Shown here one piece after another: positions 49,905 through 52,343 of a stretch of DNA of 52,343 nt (its first letter is position 1; every line of letters starts with the position of its first letter). The translations under genes were made by a program, and so were the position numbers. This DNA comes from Catajapyx aquilonaris (Eukaryota). The DNA lies in assembly GCA_000934665.2 (NCBI GenBank), contig KZ538868.1:186001-238343 (forward strand), given 5' to 3'. A model generated the notes under the pieces. It saw nothing but the letters and a program-made list of their open reading frames with translations. It had not been told where the DNA came from and searched no databases.

Positions 49905-52343
49905 TGTTGTTGCAGTACATGGACCGCGACCGCGTGCGTCGAAGCTCGAATGTGTAACGCAATAACATTGGAGTACGTACAGTCCCACGGGGTTAGTAGA
50001 GGGCTTTTGTCACTTTGATGCATGAAATGAGGAAGAAATTATTCATAAAACCTGAACGAGTATGGTAAATAGCCAGTAGTGAACGATTTGAATTTCACAG
50101 ATGTCGGTTTGAATCTTCAGGCCAACTAATATTTTGCCGCAAAATTCGGCAATTTTCTTCGCCATTTCTATGCAAATGGTTGAATATTTTATGTAAACAA
50201 ACCCATTTCTTCTCGACAGTTGCGTATGGATTTGAAAAATAATAATAATCTGCGGAATGAAAGTGGGCATTACAGGGCATATCAACCGTCCCCCAAAAAA
50301 TTCTGAACCGCGCGACAATGATAAATGGCTGCCATTAGAGGCAGTTGCATACCAGCGGCTGTAGCATCCTATTGCGTAATAACCCGGAGTAATGCATTGC
50401 GACGCCACCTTTAGCATAATAAGTGAAGAGATTGATTCACAATGGGAAAGACGCCAGTCTTGACTCGATTATTCATTGACTTATAGGCGTCCATGAGTGA
50501 ATTATCTCAAAGGCTGAGAATAATTCATTTTGGTGGAACGAACCCTGCCAGAAAATAATATTGACCTTCCTCTTTGAGTAGGGCAGCAGGGTTGGGTTAG
50601 CGGTTTCTATTGGCGACTATGAACCTGGGCTGGTGAGGCAGGAAAAGCTAAAAGAGACGATTATTCTGGGTATGTGTACATTACTTGAGGACTGCAGCCG
50701 CGAAATGTAAACCAACCTCTGAAAAGTGCCCATCCCCATCTCCGACTAAGAATAAATAGTTATACAGTGCCTCTGTCCTACTGTTTAACTAGTATTCCTC
50801 ACACAGACTTTCACTTAATTAATCCAGTACGTCACATTCAATTAGTCAATGTGGTGACGTGCAAAATGAACGAGTTACATCCACGTCATCGATCAATGCC
50901 ATTCGAATAACAGGAGCTCGAGTATCGCCTGCTACTGCACTAGGCTTCCAATCAAATATCTAGAACCCCGAAAGTCGAAGCAAATATTTACCTTCAGTAA
51001 GTGAAGCCCTTCCGACTGACAAGACGGGTATCAATCCGCCTGCATATATCTGGGCGCAAACAATTTAGTTTCCCTCGCTCTATTTTGGCAGATTTGTTTT
51101 TTCTATGTTAGAAAAAAAAGGTTCATCTTCACAGAATCGATTCGTCGGATTAACCCGGACATTATTATTACCGCAATCGATATCCCATAAGGTGGTCTCC
51201 TTTCCCACACTAATCCTTCCGATAAGACATAGTGGTCCGGATTCTGCTAATACCATCAAGACAGTCGGACTTACGTGCTTATTGGCCCAGTTTGGGACAG
51301 TCACACATTTCTACTCGCACAATTACGTCGTCTCTGTGCGAATAAGCGCAACGGGATAACCGCATCATCCGGTTGGGCGCCGGGAATGAATGGCTTCCAC
51401 TGCTCGAGTGCAATCAAACGGGTTTTGTGTCGCGATTTACGTCGAGCCTCGTCCCGACAGGGGTTTTTTGGATGGGAGGATTCAACCCTCTTTTTTTTGT
51501 AACGAAGTTGCAGCATCCCCTGTACAAAAAGTAATAGGGTGCTGAAACAGACCACAAAAGGGTGTGTCTTCCTGCGTGCTGATATAATATTTCGGAAATG
51601 CTGTTGTGTTATGGGGATTGAATTAGATTATGTGAAATTAGCGTGGATGGGCCACCCGATTTGTTTAACGTCCGATAATCAGTGCTGGGAAAATGCAGAC
51701 ACACACGATTTCCCCAATGGTGAAGCACGTTCTATCGTTGAAAATCGAAGCACTTGGTCATTCGGATCTGGTACACGGGATTGGAGGCGCAAAACATGTA
51801 CGGTGTTCACCTGCCGCTTGAGGAATAATAAAAAAATTACCGCAGTGCAGGGTTTATTTTAAATTGCTGCCTTATTATCAGATGAAGGTGCAACATCTGG
51901 GGCACATATATTGCTCGGGTGTGGATATAACAAGGCTGGGTGTTGGAGTTTTCTTACCTGAACTTTTGCAGTTGGCAGCTCAGGGAGATAATCACTTTTG
52001 GGAATTTCATTATGTGGCTGACTGAGTTATTTTCTTTGGGCCGCAGCTGTCAGATGCAATAAAATACAATTTAGTAGCAGTAAACGGAACACTTGGCAGT
52101 ACGTCGCTCATACAAAAACGTCGGTCTGTGAGCTATAATCATAATGTTATGCAACAATAACTAAAGGCAAAAAAAAAATATGTGCAACACTCGAAGGAAC
52201 GAATTATTTATTTAGAGGACATACCCAACTAGTGTAAATTTATACCTGCCATTGTGCCATTGCTATCGGTTCTGTATCTGACTCATTGATATATTTTATT
52301 TACTCTTTGATAGTATGCAAATATCACGTTTATTTTACCCATG

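Noticed and set aside
39000..52343. Many short ORFs and scattered GTGGGAA/TAAT motifs in the distal 13 kb
   Set aside because: No recognisable domains or phase-consistent exon chain; motif counts look compatible with chance. Probably intergenic or 5'UTR introns of the FReP.

Overview
Eukaryotic, spliced, probably arthropod-type genomic DNA. Bases ~760-29350 hold a tandem array of seven intact GMC (glucose-methanol-choline) FAD oxidoreductase genes, oriented - - - + + + -, here called GMC1-7. I resolved all splice junctions by hand; the proteins are 613-634 aa. Every copy has an N-terminal signal peptide and a C-terminal KDEL-type tail (DKEL, KVEL, KEEL, KDEL, KDEL, KDEL, IDEL), so the array looks like a family of ER-lumen-resident flavo-oxidoreductases. 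GMC3 has Pro in place of the second catalytic residue (Asn). GMC4-6 show mosaic near-identical tracts suggesting gene conversion, and several promoters carry TGACCT nuclear-receptor half-sites. At 31268-38970 on the minus strand lies an 11-coding-exon secreted fibrinogen-related protein (signal peptide, coiled-coil-like region, tachylectin-5/FIBCD1-like FReD; ~463 aa). The spacers contain a deleted Tc1/mariner element, several MITEs and a tRNA-derived SINE. I found no recognisable coding sequence in the last ~13 kb, which includes two assembly gaps.
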